A DNA stretch of 64,000 nt, taken from positions 438,437-502,436 of the forward strand of contig JAGVWE010000002.1 in assembly GCA_018304425.1 (NCBI GenBank). Direction: 5' to 3'. The notes under the pieces are model-generated. The model made no database searches, was not told the DNA's origin, and saw only the letters and a list, made by a program, of their open reading frames with translations. Position numbers and translations under genes: made by a program. Origin of the DNA: Candidatus Iainarchaeum sp. (GTDB lineage: Archaea; Iainarchaeota; Iainarchaeia; Iainarchaeales; UBA10219). The number at the start of each line of letters is the position of its first letter. Position 1 is the stretch's first letter. Shown in pieces: positions 55,466 to 64,000 of this stretch.

Positions 55466-58400
55466 AACCCCGTGCAGGAAACCAGCGGGGCATCATCTTC
55501 ACCTTGAGCGTGCTGCTCCTGGCCCTGGCCGTGGTGGGCCTGGCCCAGACCATCAACGAGAAGACCAAGGATGCTGCGGACAACATCTCCTATGCCAACG
55601 CCGCGCACGCAGTGGCCAACCGCTTCGACAACTCACGCGAAGACTTGCGTAAGCTCGTAGACCAGTTCAAGAAGGTCTCCCCCGTGGTCGAAGCCGACCG
55701 CATCACGGTAAGCGATTCGCTGCCCAACGCTGACTACCAGAACCCAAGCAACCGGTTCCCCTTGCCCCTCGAAGACTACAAGGCGTTCGTCTCCAAGTAC
55801 GTGGACAACTTCACCTTCCTCTTGAACGCCGTGGAGGGCTTCAACAACTTCCAGGTCATGCTGGACCCCTATGACGTCCTGTACACGCATGGCATGCGGG
55901 GCAGCGACGAAGTCATTTCGGTCAAGCCAGCCACCACCTCTTTCGGCTATTACAAGGTCGAGGTCAACCTCAACGGCCGCTCCTACAAGCAAGTCATCGA
56001 CGAGCAAACCAGTGCATCGGTTGCCGGCACCGGCATCAACCTCCAGGTCGTGGTAACCGAGGGGAGTGAGGGGAAATTCGATTACACCTTCCAAAACCTG
56101 GACCCAGCCCAGACCAGCACCATCCACGTCTACTCGGACCTGGGCACGCAAACCGGGGAAACCCTCATCTCCCTTGAGCAAGACGGGGAACTGGTGGTCA
56201 TCAACCGCACTCCGACTACGCTCAACTACAAGGTCTCCACGGTCTTCGGCGAACGCGAGTCCCCCAAGGAACTGGAGGCTCCCGTGACCGAGTTGATGGT
56301 GCAAAACGAGTTGTTCAAAATCAAGAAGACCTCCAAGGGCTTCAACATCAACGACTTGGCCACCATCAAGCTGCAGACCATGAACGAGACCTGGGACACT
56401 GAGAAAAAGAACTTCGCGGAAAGGGAAGCAGTAAACTACAAGGCCGAACTCTACAACTTCAAGGGCCAGCTCATCGACGTTTCCAACCTCCAGTTCGAGT
56501 TCTTCGAACCCGATGGGGGCTTGGACACCAGCCTCACCGGCTTAACCACCACCAACGGCGTTTACAAGGGGAGCTTCGCCAAGTCGGGGGGTTCGATGGA
56601 GGAAGGCACCTGGACGCTGAAAGCAACAGCAACCAAGGGCTCCACGGTTTCCGCGACCACGACCTTTTCCGTCGAAGAATTCGCGGCCAGCTGTGTCGTG
56701 CAACTCCTGGACGAGAGCTGTAGTGGGGAAGACGAGGATGGCCTCTACGGCCTCGGCGAAAAGGCCTGCTTTGCCGCCCAACTCGTGGACGCAGAAGACC
56801 AGCCCATCGACTCCAGCAACTCCATTTCCAACCCAACCGTCAAGGCCTTGGACGCCCGCAACGAGAAAGAAACCCTGTTCGCGGCCTGGAACGCCTCGCT
56901 CAAGCGCTTTGAATCGGTTTGGACGATTCCCCTCAACTACTCGAAGTCCAACACCGACCACTTATACGAGTCCGACGTCACCTACCAGAAAAGCGACAAC
57001 TCCTTTGAAACCGTGCACTGCCAGAAACAGTTGCGCGTGGGACCGGACGCCGCGAGCAGCCTGCAAAACATCGCCCTCGACTTCTACGACGATGCGGCCC
57101 TGACCCTTCTCCTGCCCCTCAAAGACCAGCCCACGGAAGGCCAGGACCTTCCCACCCAGGCCAAGGGCGAAGACATTTACATCAAGGTCAGCCTCACCGA
57201 CAACCAGGGCAAGGCCGTCAACACCGGGGTCGACCTCTCCCTCACCCACAAGAACCAGTCCACGCCCAGCCTGGCCGTAGTCGGCGGGCAAACCGATAAT
57301 GGCGTCTACTCCACGAAATTCGACACCGCCATCAATGCAGCGGGCAGGTACACCGTGCAAGCCTCTGCCACGGCTGGTTCGACCAAGAGCGTCAGCGAAA
57401 AAGTCTTCGTCGAACTCCCCCAGCCCACCGTGTGCGCTTCCCCGTTGACTTCCTTTACCGTGAACCTCTTCCGAGACTCCGCGCACGTGACGCCGGCCTC
57501 CTCCTTTTTCCTGGGCGCCACGGTCTACTATGAAGTGCATGCCAACAGCGCCTTGGGCGAGCTCGCCCAACTCGACCAGTTAACCGTTAAAATCATGGAC
57601 CCCAGTCGAATCGTGGTGGACACGCAGTCACCCACGGTCCCGGTTGGCATGCCGTTTTCGGGCAACTTTGTCACGCATGCAGCGGACACGCCCGGCGCGT
57701 GGAAAATAGAGGTTACTGGCACCTGCACGGACCTGGGCACCCAAACCAATGAAACCGAGTCCTCGATTGAGCCAACGCCCTGCAATTCCGGCGAGGAGAG
57801 GTGCCCGGACGGCGTCTGCCGAGCCGTTGACAACTGCGGGTGTCAGGCCGGCCAAGGCCGTTGCCCGGATGGAACGTGCTCGGCTTCCTGTCCGCCCACC
57901 AAGACCTGTGCTTCCGGCCAAGTCCTCTGCGGGGATTTGTTGACCTGTGGAACGATTTGCGCGGACACGGTTTGCCGGGAAGCCAACACGAATTGTGGTT
58001 GCTCGTATGGCCAGGAGCGTTGCTCGGACTCCACCTGCCGCACCCTTGGAACCTGCCCCACCAGTTCCTGTCCCAGCGGCCAAGAGTTCTGCAGTGACAA
58101 CGTTTGCCGGCAGGCCAACACCAATTGCGGTTGTGGCACGGGTTTGTCACGGTGCCTGGACGGAAGTTGTCGCACCACCGGAACCTGTCCAACGGGCGCT
58201 TGCCCCGGTGGGCAATCCTTTTGCCAGGACAACGTGTGCCGCACCACCGGCACCAATTGTGGTTGTGGGGCTGGTTTGTCGCGGTGCGTGGACGGCGTCT
58301 GCCGTGCCACCGGGACTTGTCCCCTGGGTTCCTGCCCGGCGGGTCAAGAGTTTTGCCAGGACAATGTTTGCCGGACTTCCAACTCCAATTGTGGTTGTGG

Positions 58401-61400
58401 GGCTGGTTTGTCGCGGTGCGTGGACGGCGTCTGCCGTGCCATCGGAACCTGTCCCAGTTCCGGCACCTGCCCCGCTGGCCAAGAACGCTGCCAGGACAAT
58501 GTTTGCCGGGCGGTGAGCACGAATTGTGGTTGCAGTGCAAACCAGGAAAGGTGTTCCAACGGGGCTTGCCTGGCAGTCGGCACTTGCCCGGTTTCTTGTT
58601 CCAGTGGCCAAACCCTTTGCCCGAATGGGGTGTGCGGGGAAGTCTGCCCGGACAGCGTCTGCCGCGCGGCAGGCACCAACTGTGGCTGTCCCCAGGGCGC
58701 GGAAATGTGCGCGGACGGGGCTTGCCGGTCTCGTTGCCCGCCTCCCTGGGCTTGCGAGGAACCCAACCTGGTTCGATGCCCTGACGGCATCTGCGGCGAG
58801 CTCTGCGCGGACGGCACTTGTGTCGCGAAGGGCACGTGCCCGCCAGGCCCCTGCCCCTCTTATGGGCAGCGATACCAGGACGCCAAGTGCCGGGACCCCG
58901 ACAACGGAGACTGCAGCGCGCCAAAAGTCCGGTGCTATGACGGCATCTGCCGCGTGCCCTGCGCGGACGGCACCTGCTCGGTTACCGGCAACTGCTCCAA
59001 CAACTGTTCTCCCGGGCAGGCCCGGTGCGTGAACGGGGCCTGCGGCATTGTGTGCCCGGACAACACGTGTCAAAGCCCGGGAAGCTGTGGCTCCTGTCCT
59101 CCCCCGCAAGTTTCCTGCAATGGAAGGTGCGCGTCCACGTGCCCGCCGACTTCCTGTCCCTCGGGTGAAATCCTTTGCGGGGACGGGATAACCTGTGGGG
59201 TTATCTGCGCGGACAACACGTGCAAACCAGCCGGCACCTGCAATGCGGTAGGCCCTTGTCAACCCGGTGAAACCCAGTGCGCGGATGGAACGTGTGGCGA
59301 ACTATGCCCGGACAACGTGTGCCGGCCCACCGGCACTTGTCCTTCCATCAACGATTGCCCGCCGGGAACCGCCTTGTGCGCGGATGGAAGGACGTGTGGA
59401 GTCATTTGCTCGGATGGAACCTGCCGTGTCCCCGGGAGTTGTCCCAGCAACTCCTGTCCCAGTGGCCAGGTTTTGTGTCAGTCCGGGTCCTGTGGCATTG
59501 TCTGCCCGGACAACGTTTGCCGCACACCCAACGCGAATTGCGGTTGCTCTGCGGGCCAGGTTCGTTGCGCGGACGGGGTGTGCAGGGCCACCGGCACCTG
59601 CCCGGGTGGAGGCCCTTGTTCAGCCGGCCAAACCCAGTGCGCGGACGGCTCTTGTGGAGTCATTTGCTCGGATGGCAGCTGCCGGGCAACTTGTCTCCCG
59701 TACACGCCTTGTCCCCTCGGCGAAACCCTGTGCGGGAATGGTTCTTGTGGCATCATCTGCACGGACAACACGTGCAGGCCGGCCGGCACCTGCCCTCTTT
59801 GCCCCAACGGCCAGGAATTCTGCAAGGACCATGTTTGTCGCACGCCTAACACGAATTGTGGTTGTGGTTCGGGTCAGGAGCGTTGCTCGGACGGCGTATG
59901 CAGGACCCTTGGCACTTGTCAAGCCTCTTGCCTCCCCGGCCAGACGCTTTGCGCGAATGGAACCTGTGGAGTGGTCTGCCCGGACAATGTTTGCCGCGCG
60001 CCCAACGCGAATTGTGGTTGTGCTACTGGCCAGGAGCGTTGCTTGGACGGCACTTGCCAGCCCACTGGCGCCTGTCCTTGTCCCACCGGCCAAACGCGTT
60101 GCCTGGACGGCGTTTGCCGCTCCACCTGTCTGCCTTGCTCCCCCTACCAAGAGCTCTGCAATGACAACGTTTGCTATCCAACGAACGCGAATTGTGGTTG
60201 TGGTTCGGGTCAGGAGCGGTGCAAGGACGGCACTTGCCTGGCCATTGGCACCTGCCCGGGTTCCTGCCCCCTTGGCCAAACCCTTTGCCCGGACAACGTT
60301 TGCCGCACTACCGGCACCTGTCCTCCTATTTGCCCAACCGGCCAAGTGCCTTGCTCGAATGGCTCGTGTGGCGTTATCTGTCCGGACAACCTTTGCCGCG
60401 CGGCTAACACCAATTGCGGCTGCTCCAGCGGCCAGGAACGGTGCTCGGATGGCACCTGTATGGCCACCGGCACTTGCCCGACGGGCGGCCCTTGCCCGAC
60501 CGGTTTAACGCTTTGCTCGGATGGAACCACGTGTGGGGAGCTCTGCCCGGACAATGTGTGCAGGCCGGTGGGCTTGCACTGCGGTTGCCCCGAGGGAGAA
60601 AACATGTGCCCGGACGGCACTTGTTCTACGGGTTGTCCTCCGGTCTTCTCCAGTTGCTTTGAGCACTATTGGAATGCCAAGGACTTGTCGTGGACGGCCA
60701 GCATTTCGTCCAACAAGAAGACCCTGGAAAACTATAAGACCGAGAACCTCTGTGGGAACAGCATCTCGGTGGCAGAGGAAAACCTTTCCTGGTTCAACCC
60801 GAACCCTGGCTCCGAGAAGCTGACGAAAATCAAGCAAAACAATGTCCAGTACTGGAGTGGCAGCATCGGCAGCGGGGTCTACGCGGTCTTGAGTGGTTCC
60901 GGGTTCGCCTTGAGTGGTAACACGCTGTACTCGCACCCGGATGCCTTGACGTGGAACCAAAAAATCGTGGACGTTCCAACGAACGCGCGTTGCTTCCAGG
61001 TCTTGTACAAGGGTTCCCTGGGCGGGGGCCTCACCAAGTACGTTACGCGGGAGAAGTGCTTCAACGTGGCCGCGACTCCTCCTTCCACGGTGAACGTAAC
61101 CCTGTTCAAGGACTCGACCTCGGCCCTGGAAACCGATATCGAGGCCGCTACTCTGAGCAACGCCTACGATTACGCGACTTCGCCGGCGTTCACGGCCTTG
61201 GACTTGGACTATTACACGGATGCCGCGGGCTTGGCTTACCCCATCAAGGACTACATCTACAAGAAGCCCAAGGCACCGGACACGACGAGCGGCAGCCAAA
61301 CCGTCAACCGGTGCACGACCGTGGAGGACAACGTCTTTGCGAAGGTCGAGGCCCGGGACTCTTTGGGGGAGTTGGTGCCCGTGGACTCGGTTGCTATTAC

Positions 61401-63729
61401 CGTGAAGAACCCGGACGGGGTCGTCATCCAAACCATTTCCCGGTCGGGTGCCAGTGTCTCGGATGGCTTGACGCAGGCCGTCATCGACTTTGGGGACTAT
61501 GATTACGCGAAAAACTATGAGACAACCGACTACCCGGTTACCTTTGGCTCGGCTGACCCGCCCACCGACTCGCGTTGGACCTACAACGGCGGCAGCCAAG
61601 ACACCATCATCAAAGCCGTCAAGCCGGCTGACAACTCGGCCAACAACGACGGTCAATGGATTTTCGACTCGGCCTTGAGAAACCACGCCTATGGCACCAT
61701 CGTCTACACGACCAGCCAAACCAAGTACACGGGGTTCCTGGATGGAACGAACAAAACGGTGAACCATTCACTGCATACTGCGACCCCCGATAAGCTTATT
61801 GCTGGGGATTACACCGTTGAAGTCTCAGCTACGGTTGGACAGACAACGGTGACAACCACGAAGACGTTCAAGTTGACTCACGGGGGAGACCCAAAATTCG
61901 TGCGAGATTGTGCGACGTTTGTAGAGCCGATTGAACTCAAACCCTATTTCCTCATCGAGTACTTTTATCCGGGTGCGGGGGGGCAATGCGATTATTTGGG
62001 GACGCCGGTGCTGGCGTTCAACGAGGGCGACAAGGTGTGCTTCAAGGTCACGGTGAGAGACAATTCAGTGAACCCGTCGGGGAAGTTGACGCTGTCCGAG
62101 CCCTTCATCAAGTTGGTTGGGGGAGGCTCGGCGACGAGTGGAAAGAACTGGTTGACGGAGCCCAGGCAGTGTGCCAGTGTCTCGGGCGAGAACTGGGCGG
62201 GGGAGTCGAAGGCCGTGCCCTCCGCTCCAACCGGGGTTACCAACGCCTACTTCACCACGCAGAACCGGGAATACTATGGCATAAGCCAGGCGGATGGCGC
62301 CTGGCAGTGGAGTCGAACCCTGCAGAGCGGCGTCTACTTGGACAACGTGCGGAGCCAGGTCACCGTGAACAACAATGCTTCGCCTTATTCGACGATTACG
62401 GGTTGGTTCCAGATTCCCAAGCCAACTGTCGTGGAGTATGGGGCCTACGAAACCTATTCCGTTCAAAACGTGGGCAGCGGCAAGATGTGCAGTGATAGTG
62501 CCGCGCCCACCCTGTATCGGCAACCCATTGCCAGCAATTACTTGCTTATCAAGGACGACAATGCGAGCAGCCCCTATCCGGGTTATGCCGCCAACCCGCC
62601 CAGCACCTATGAGTCGACGTGTTCGAGGCAGTTGTTGTTGCACAACCCCTTGAATGACCCGATGAGCGCCCAGCAACGCATCGTGGACTCGTGTGCTGGA
62701 ACATACTATCCATTGATTTCCGTGAAAGTCCAGCCAACGGGCACGACTACCGTTCCCATTCAGCGGGTGGTCAATGACTCGATTAAAACCCAGGGAAGCG
62801 GCAACTACTTTTATGCGAGCACCTGGGACAAGCAGGCCGAGTGCCTGAACATCGAATGGGTGGGTGCCAAGTCGTTGAAGTTTGGGAAGGCGCCGAGTTG
62901 CATTCGGAACGAGAGCCCGTGCCCGCAAGGCGAGTGGATTAACTCCAAGCAGGACATGGTGCGGTTGCGGCACTGGGCCATTTACAACAAGCGGTGGCCC
63001 AAGGTAGCCTATGGCGCGGGTTCTTCCATGAACTGTGTGAATTCCAGCGTGGCCATCAACGGGATGACGCCCCATCTATCAGGAGACGGAACCACGTATG
63101 GCGGCATCGCGGGCATCCGGATATGGAAGAAGTGGGTTTACCGTTCCTTCAAGCACTTCCGGCGGCCATCCTATGTCACGCTTCCACCGGACCCCAATGA
63201 TGAAACGTGTTCGGAGTACTATGACCCGGAGGACGAGGACTGCTCGGACGAGGAAACCGATGAAACCAACAACGATTGTGGCATAAACAGTTTCGCGGGT
63301 GAGGAGTGGACGTGTGCGCCGGACACGGATGCGCCGACTGCCGCGCCCCTGGCCAAGGACGGCGTAACATACGGCATTGGCCCGTTTTCCCTGGCCTCCT
63401 TGGTCTTGCACAACGGCACGTCGGTGGAGGACACGTGTTCGTTGCGGAACGCGATTTTGTTGAAAATCAAGACCACTGGTTCGCCGAATGCCAAGAGCCT
63501 GGAGTTGAACCTGGACTCGATTGACTTCCGGTTCGCGGACAACTCGGTGTACCAGTCGAGGCCCGTGCCTCAGAGGAATGGGGCCGCGCACACGGAGTCG
63601 TGTGGCGCCACGACTCCCGGGAACGCGGATAGTTGGCCGTGTTGGTACAATTTTTTGAATGCGTCGGGTGACCCGGTGCGTAACTCGAACTTTTGCAGGG
63701 ATACCGCGCAGCACGCGCGTCGAAAGTGA
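55462..63729 (+). CDS. Giant (~2755 aa) pilin-like adhesin: class III-type N-terminus, Ig/MG2-like domains, Cys-repeat stalk, C-terminal beta domains
   Basis: ATGA overlap with the upstream stop; QRG-IIFTLSVLLLALAVVGL; no C-terminal anchor; ~950 aa of CPxGQxxCxDxxC repeats. Confidence 0.85.
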   Translation: MKPRAGNQRGIIFTLSVLLLALAVVGLAQTINEKTKDAADNISYANAAHAVANRFDNSREDLRKLVDQFKKVSPVVEADRITVSDSLPNADYQNPSNRFPLPLEDYKAFVSKYVDNFTFLLNAVEGFNNFQVMLDPYDVLYTHGMRGSDEVISVKPATTSFGYYKVEVNLNGRSYKQVIDEQTSASVAGTGINLQVVVTEGSEGKFDYTFQNLDPAQTSTIHVYSDLGTQTGETLISLEQDGELVVINRTPTTLNYKVSTVFGERESPKELEAPVTELMVQNELFKIKKTSKGFNINDLATIKLQTMNETWDTEKKNFAEREAVNYKAELYNFKGQLIDVSNLQFEFFEPDGGLDTSLTGLTTTNGVYKGSFAKSGGSMEEGTWTLKATATKGSTVSATTTFSVEEFAASCVVQLLDESCSGEDEDGLYGLGEKACFAAQLVDAEDQPIDSSNSISNPTVKALDARNEKETLFAAWNASLKRFESVWTIPLNYSKSNTDHLYESDVTYQKSDNSFETVHCQKQLRVGPDAASSLQNIALDFYDDAALTLLLPLKDQPTEGQDLPTQAKGEDIYIKVSLTDNQGKAVNTGVDLSLTHKNQSTPSLAVVGGQTDNGVYSTKFDTAINAAGRYTVQASATAGSTKSVSEKVFVELPQPTVCASPLTSFTVNLFRDSAHVTPASSFFLGATVYYEVHANSALGELAQLDQLTVKIMDPSRIVVDTQSPTVPVGMPFSGNFVTHAADTPGAWKIEVTGTCTDLGTQTNETESSIEPTPCNSGEERCPDGVCRAVDNCGCQAGQGRCPDGTCSASCPPTKTCASGQVLCGDLLTCGTICADTVCREANTNCGCSYGQERCSDSTCRTLGTCPTSSCPSGQEFCSDNVCRQANTNCGCGTGLSRCLDGSCRTTGTCPTGACPGGQSFCQDNVCRTTGTNCGCGAGLSRCVDGVCRATGTCPLGSCPAGQEFCQDNVCRTSNSNCGCGAGLSRCVDGVCRAIGTCPSSGTCPAGQERCQDNVCRAVSTNCGCSANQERCSNGACLAVGTCPVSCSSGQTLCPNGVCGEVCPDSVCRAAGTNCGCPQGAEMCADGACRSRCPPPWACEEPNLVRCPDGICGELCADGTCVAKGTCPPGPCPSYGQRYQDAKCRDPDNGDCSAPKVRCYDGICRVPCADGTCSVTGNCSNNCSPGQARCVNGACGIVCPDNTCQSPGSCGSCPPPQVSCNGRCASTCPPTSCPSGEILCGDGITCGVICADNTCKPAGTCNAVGPCQPGETQCADGTCGELCPDNVCRPTGTCPSINDCPPGTALCADGRTCGVICSDGTCRVPGSCPSNSCPSGQVLCQSGSCGIVCPDNVCRTPNANCGCSAGQVRCADGVCRATGTCPGGGPCSAGQTQCADGSCGVICSDGSCRATCLPYTPCPLGETLCGNGSCGIICTDNTCRPAGTCPLCPNGQEFCKDHVCRTPNTNCGCGSGQERCSDGVCRTLGTCQASCLPGQTLCANGTCGVVCPDNVCRAPNANCGCATGQERCLDGTCQPTGACPCPTGQTRCLDGVCRSTCLPCSPYQELCNDNVCYPTNANCGCGSGQERCKDGTCLAIGTCPGSCPLGQTLCPDNVCRTTGTCPPICPTGQVPCSNGSCGVICPDNLCRAANTNCGCSSGQERCSDGTCMATGTCPTGGPCPTGLTLCSDGTTCGELCPDNVCRPVGLHCGCPEGENMCPDGTCSTGCPPVFSSCFEHYWNAKDLSWTASISSNKKTLENYKTENLCGNSISVAEENLSWFNPNPGSEKLTKIKQNNVQYWSGSIGSGVYAVLSGSGFALSGNTLYSHPDALTWNQKIVDVPTNARCFQVLYKGSLGGGLTKYVTREKCFNVAATPPSTVNVTLFKDSTSALETDIEAATLSNAYDYATSPAFTALDLDYYTDAAGLAYPIKDYIYKKPKAPDTTSGSQTVNRCTTVEDNVFAKVEARDSLGELVPVDSVAITVKNPDGVVIQTISRSGASVSDGLTQAVIDFGDYDYAKNYETTDYPVTFGSADPPTDSRWTYNGGSQDTIIKAVKPADNSANNDGQWIFDSALRNHAYGTIVYTTSQTKYTGFLDGTNKTVNHSLHTATPDKLIAGDYTVEVSATVGQTTVTTTKTFKLTHGGDPKFVRDCATFVEPIELKPYFLIEYFYPGAGGQCDYLGTPVLAFNEGDKVCFKVTVRDNSVNPSGKLTLSEPFIKLVGGGSATSGKNWLTEPRQCASVSGENWAGESKAVPSAPTGVTNAYFTTQNREYYGISQADGAWQWSRTLQSGVYLDNVRSQVTVNNNASPYSTITGWFQIPKPTVVEYGAYETYSVQNVGSGKMCSDSAAPTLYRQPIASNYLLIKDDNASSPYPGYAANPPSTYESTCSRQLLLHNPLNDPMSAQQRIVDSCAGTYYPLISVKVQPTGTTTVPIQRVVNDSIKTQGSGNYFYASTWDKQAECLNIEWVGAKSLKFGKAPSCIRNESPCPQGEWINSKQDMVRLRHWAIYNKRWPKVAYGAGSSMNCVNSSVAINGMTPHLSGDGTTYGGIAGIRIWKKWVYRSFKHFRRPSYVTLPPDPNDETCSEYYDPEDEDCSDEETDETNNDCGINSFAGEEWTCAPDTDAPTAAPLAKDGVTYGIGPFSLASLVLHNGTSVEDTCSLRNAILLKIKTTGSPNAKSLELNLDSIDFRFADNSVYQSRPVPQRNGAAHTESCGATTPGNADSWPCWYNFLNASGDPVRNSNFCRDTAQHARRK
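57775..60640 (+). repeat. Intragenic cysteine-rich repeat array
   Basis: Modules CPxGQxxCxDxxC, CRxxNxNCGC and CGxxCxDxxC; exact 57-bp repeat 58253-58309 = 58385-58441 (132-nt period). Confidence 0.9.
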
Positions 63730-63801
63730 AAGGGAGTAGGCTGGGGAACCGTTCCTTGTCAAGGGGCATGCGGTTCTCCAGTCAACTCCAAGAAAATGTT
63801 T

Positions 63802-64000
63802 TCATTCTTCTACGTCGACGGGTTCCTCGGCTGGTTCTGCGTCGGGGTCCGCGATGGCGGCCTTGGCGGCTTCGGCCTCGGTTTTGGCTGCGTACTTGTA
63901 GGCGTTGAAGGAATTGGCCCAGGACTTCGTGAACCAAGAGACCGCGGCGGCTTCCGTGGTTTGGGTGAGGGCCTTGTCGTAGGCGGCCTGGGCTTTTGCC
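63802..64000 (-). CDS. C-terminal end of a gene extending beyond the window (helical domain plus acidic tail)
   Basis: Own translation: AKAQAAYDKALTQTTEAAAVSWFTKSWANSFNAYKYAAKTEAEAAKAAIADPDAEPAEEPVDVEE*. Confidence 0.75.
   Translation of the reverse strand, partial: AKAQAAYDKALTQTTEAAAVSWFTKSWANSFNAYKYAAKTEAEAAKAAIADPDAEPAEEPVDVEE

Noticed and set aside
1-64000. tRNA, rRNA, integrase, transposase or prophage genes; stop-codon recoding
   Set aside because: No such motifs seen; genes end and couple normally at TAA, TAG and TGA.

Overview
A 64-kb, gene-dense window of about 60% GC. It is most likely from a DPANN archaeon (Diapherotrites/Micrarchaeota-like). This is inferred from class III signal peptides of the GQSALEYLMTYGW type, a eukaryote-like GlcNAc-1-P transferase, TATA-like promoters, a KaiC/RAD55 ATPase and an archaeal VapBC pair. 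Almost the whole window concerns the cell envelope. (1) 1-21 kb is a large glycosylation locus: seven tandem GT4s, several GT2s, a GT2-GT4 fusion, a methyltransferase, a radical SAM/SPASM enzyme, an archaeosortase-family protein with a truncated look-alike, and an AglH/GPT. (2) 21-38 kb encodes Ig-like, PKD and Cys-rich surface proteins, a KaiC-like ATPase, an ABC-2 exporter and GT-C/DUF1616-like membrane proteins. (3) 38-43.5 kb holds a PAS histidine kinase, CheY, CheC, PMM/PGM and bacterial-type coaE-coaD. (4) 43.6-64 kb is a type IV pilus region: a low-GC major pilin, an ATPase with two platform proteins, and an operon of five class III signal peptide proteins ending in a ~2755-aa giant with a ~950-aa cysteine-repeat stalk. 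Notable signals outside annotated genes are a ~217-nt multi-stem structure with its own putative promoter and terminator (41946-42162), a REP-like triloop-hairpin repeat family showing a compensatory base change, a duplicated coaE 5' end, an antitoxin with no in-frame start, and an internally deleted surface-protein gene whose C-terminus recurs at the window end. No database searches were run; all calls rest on motifs read from the sequence.
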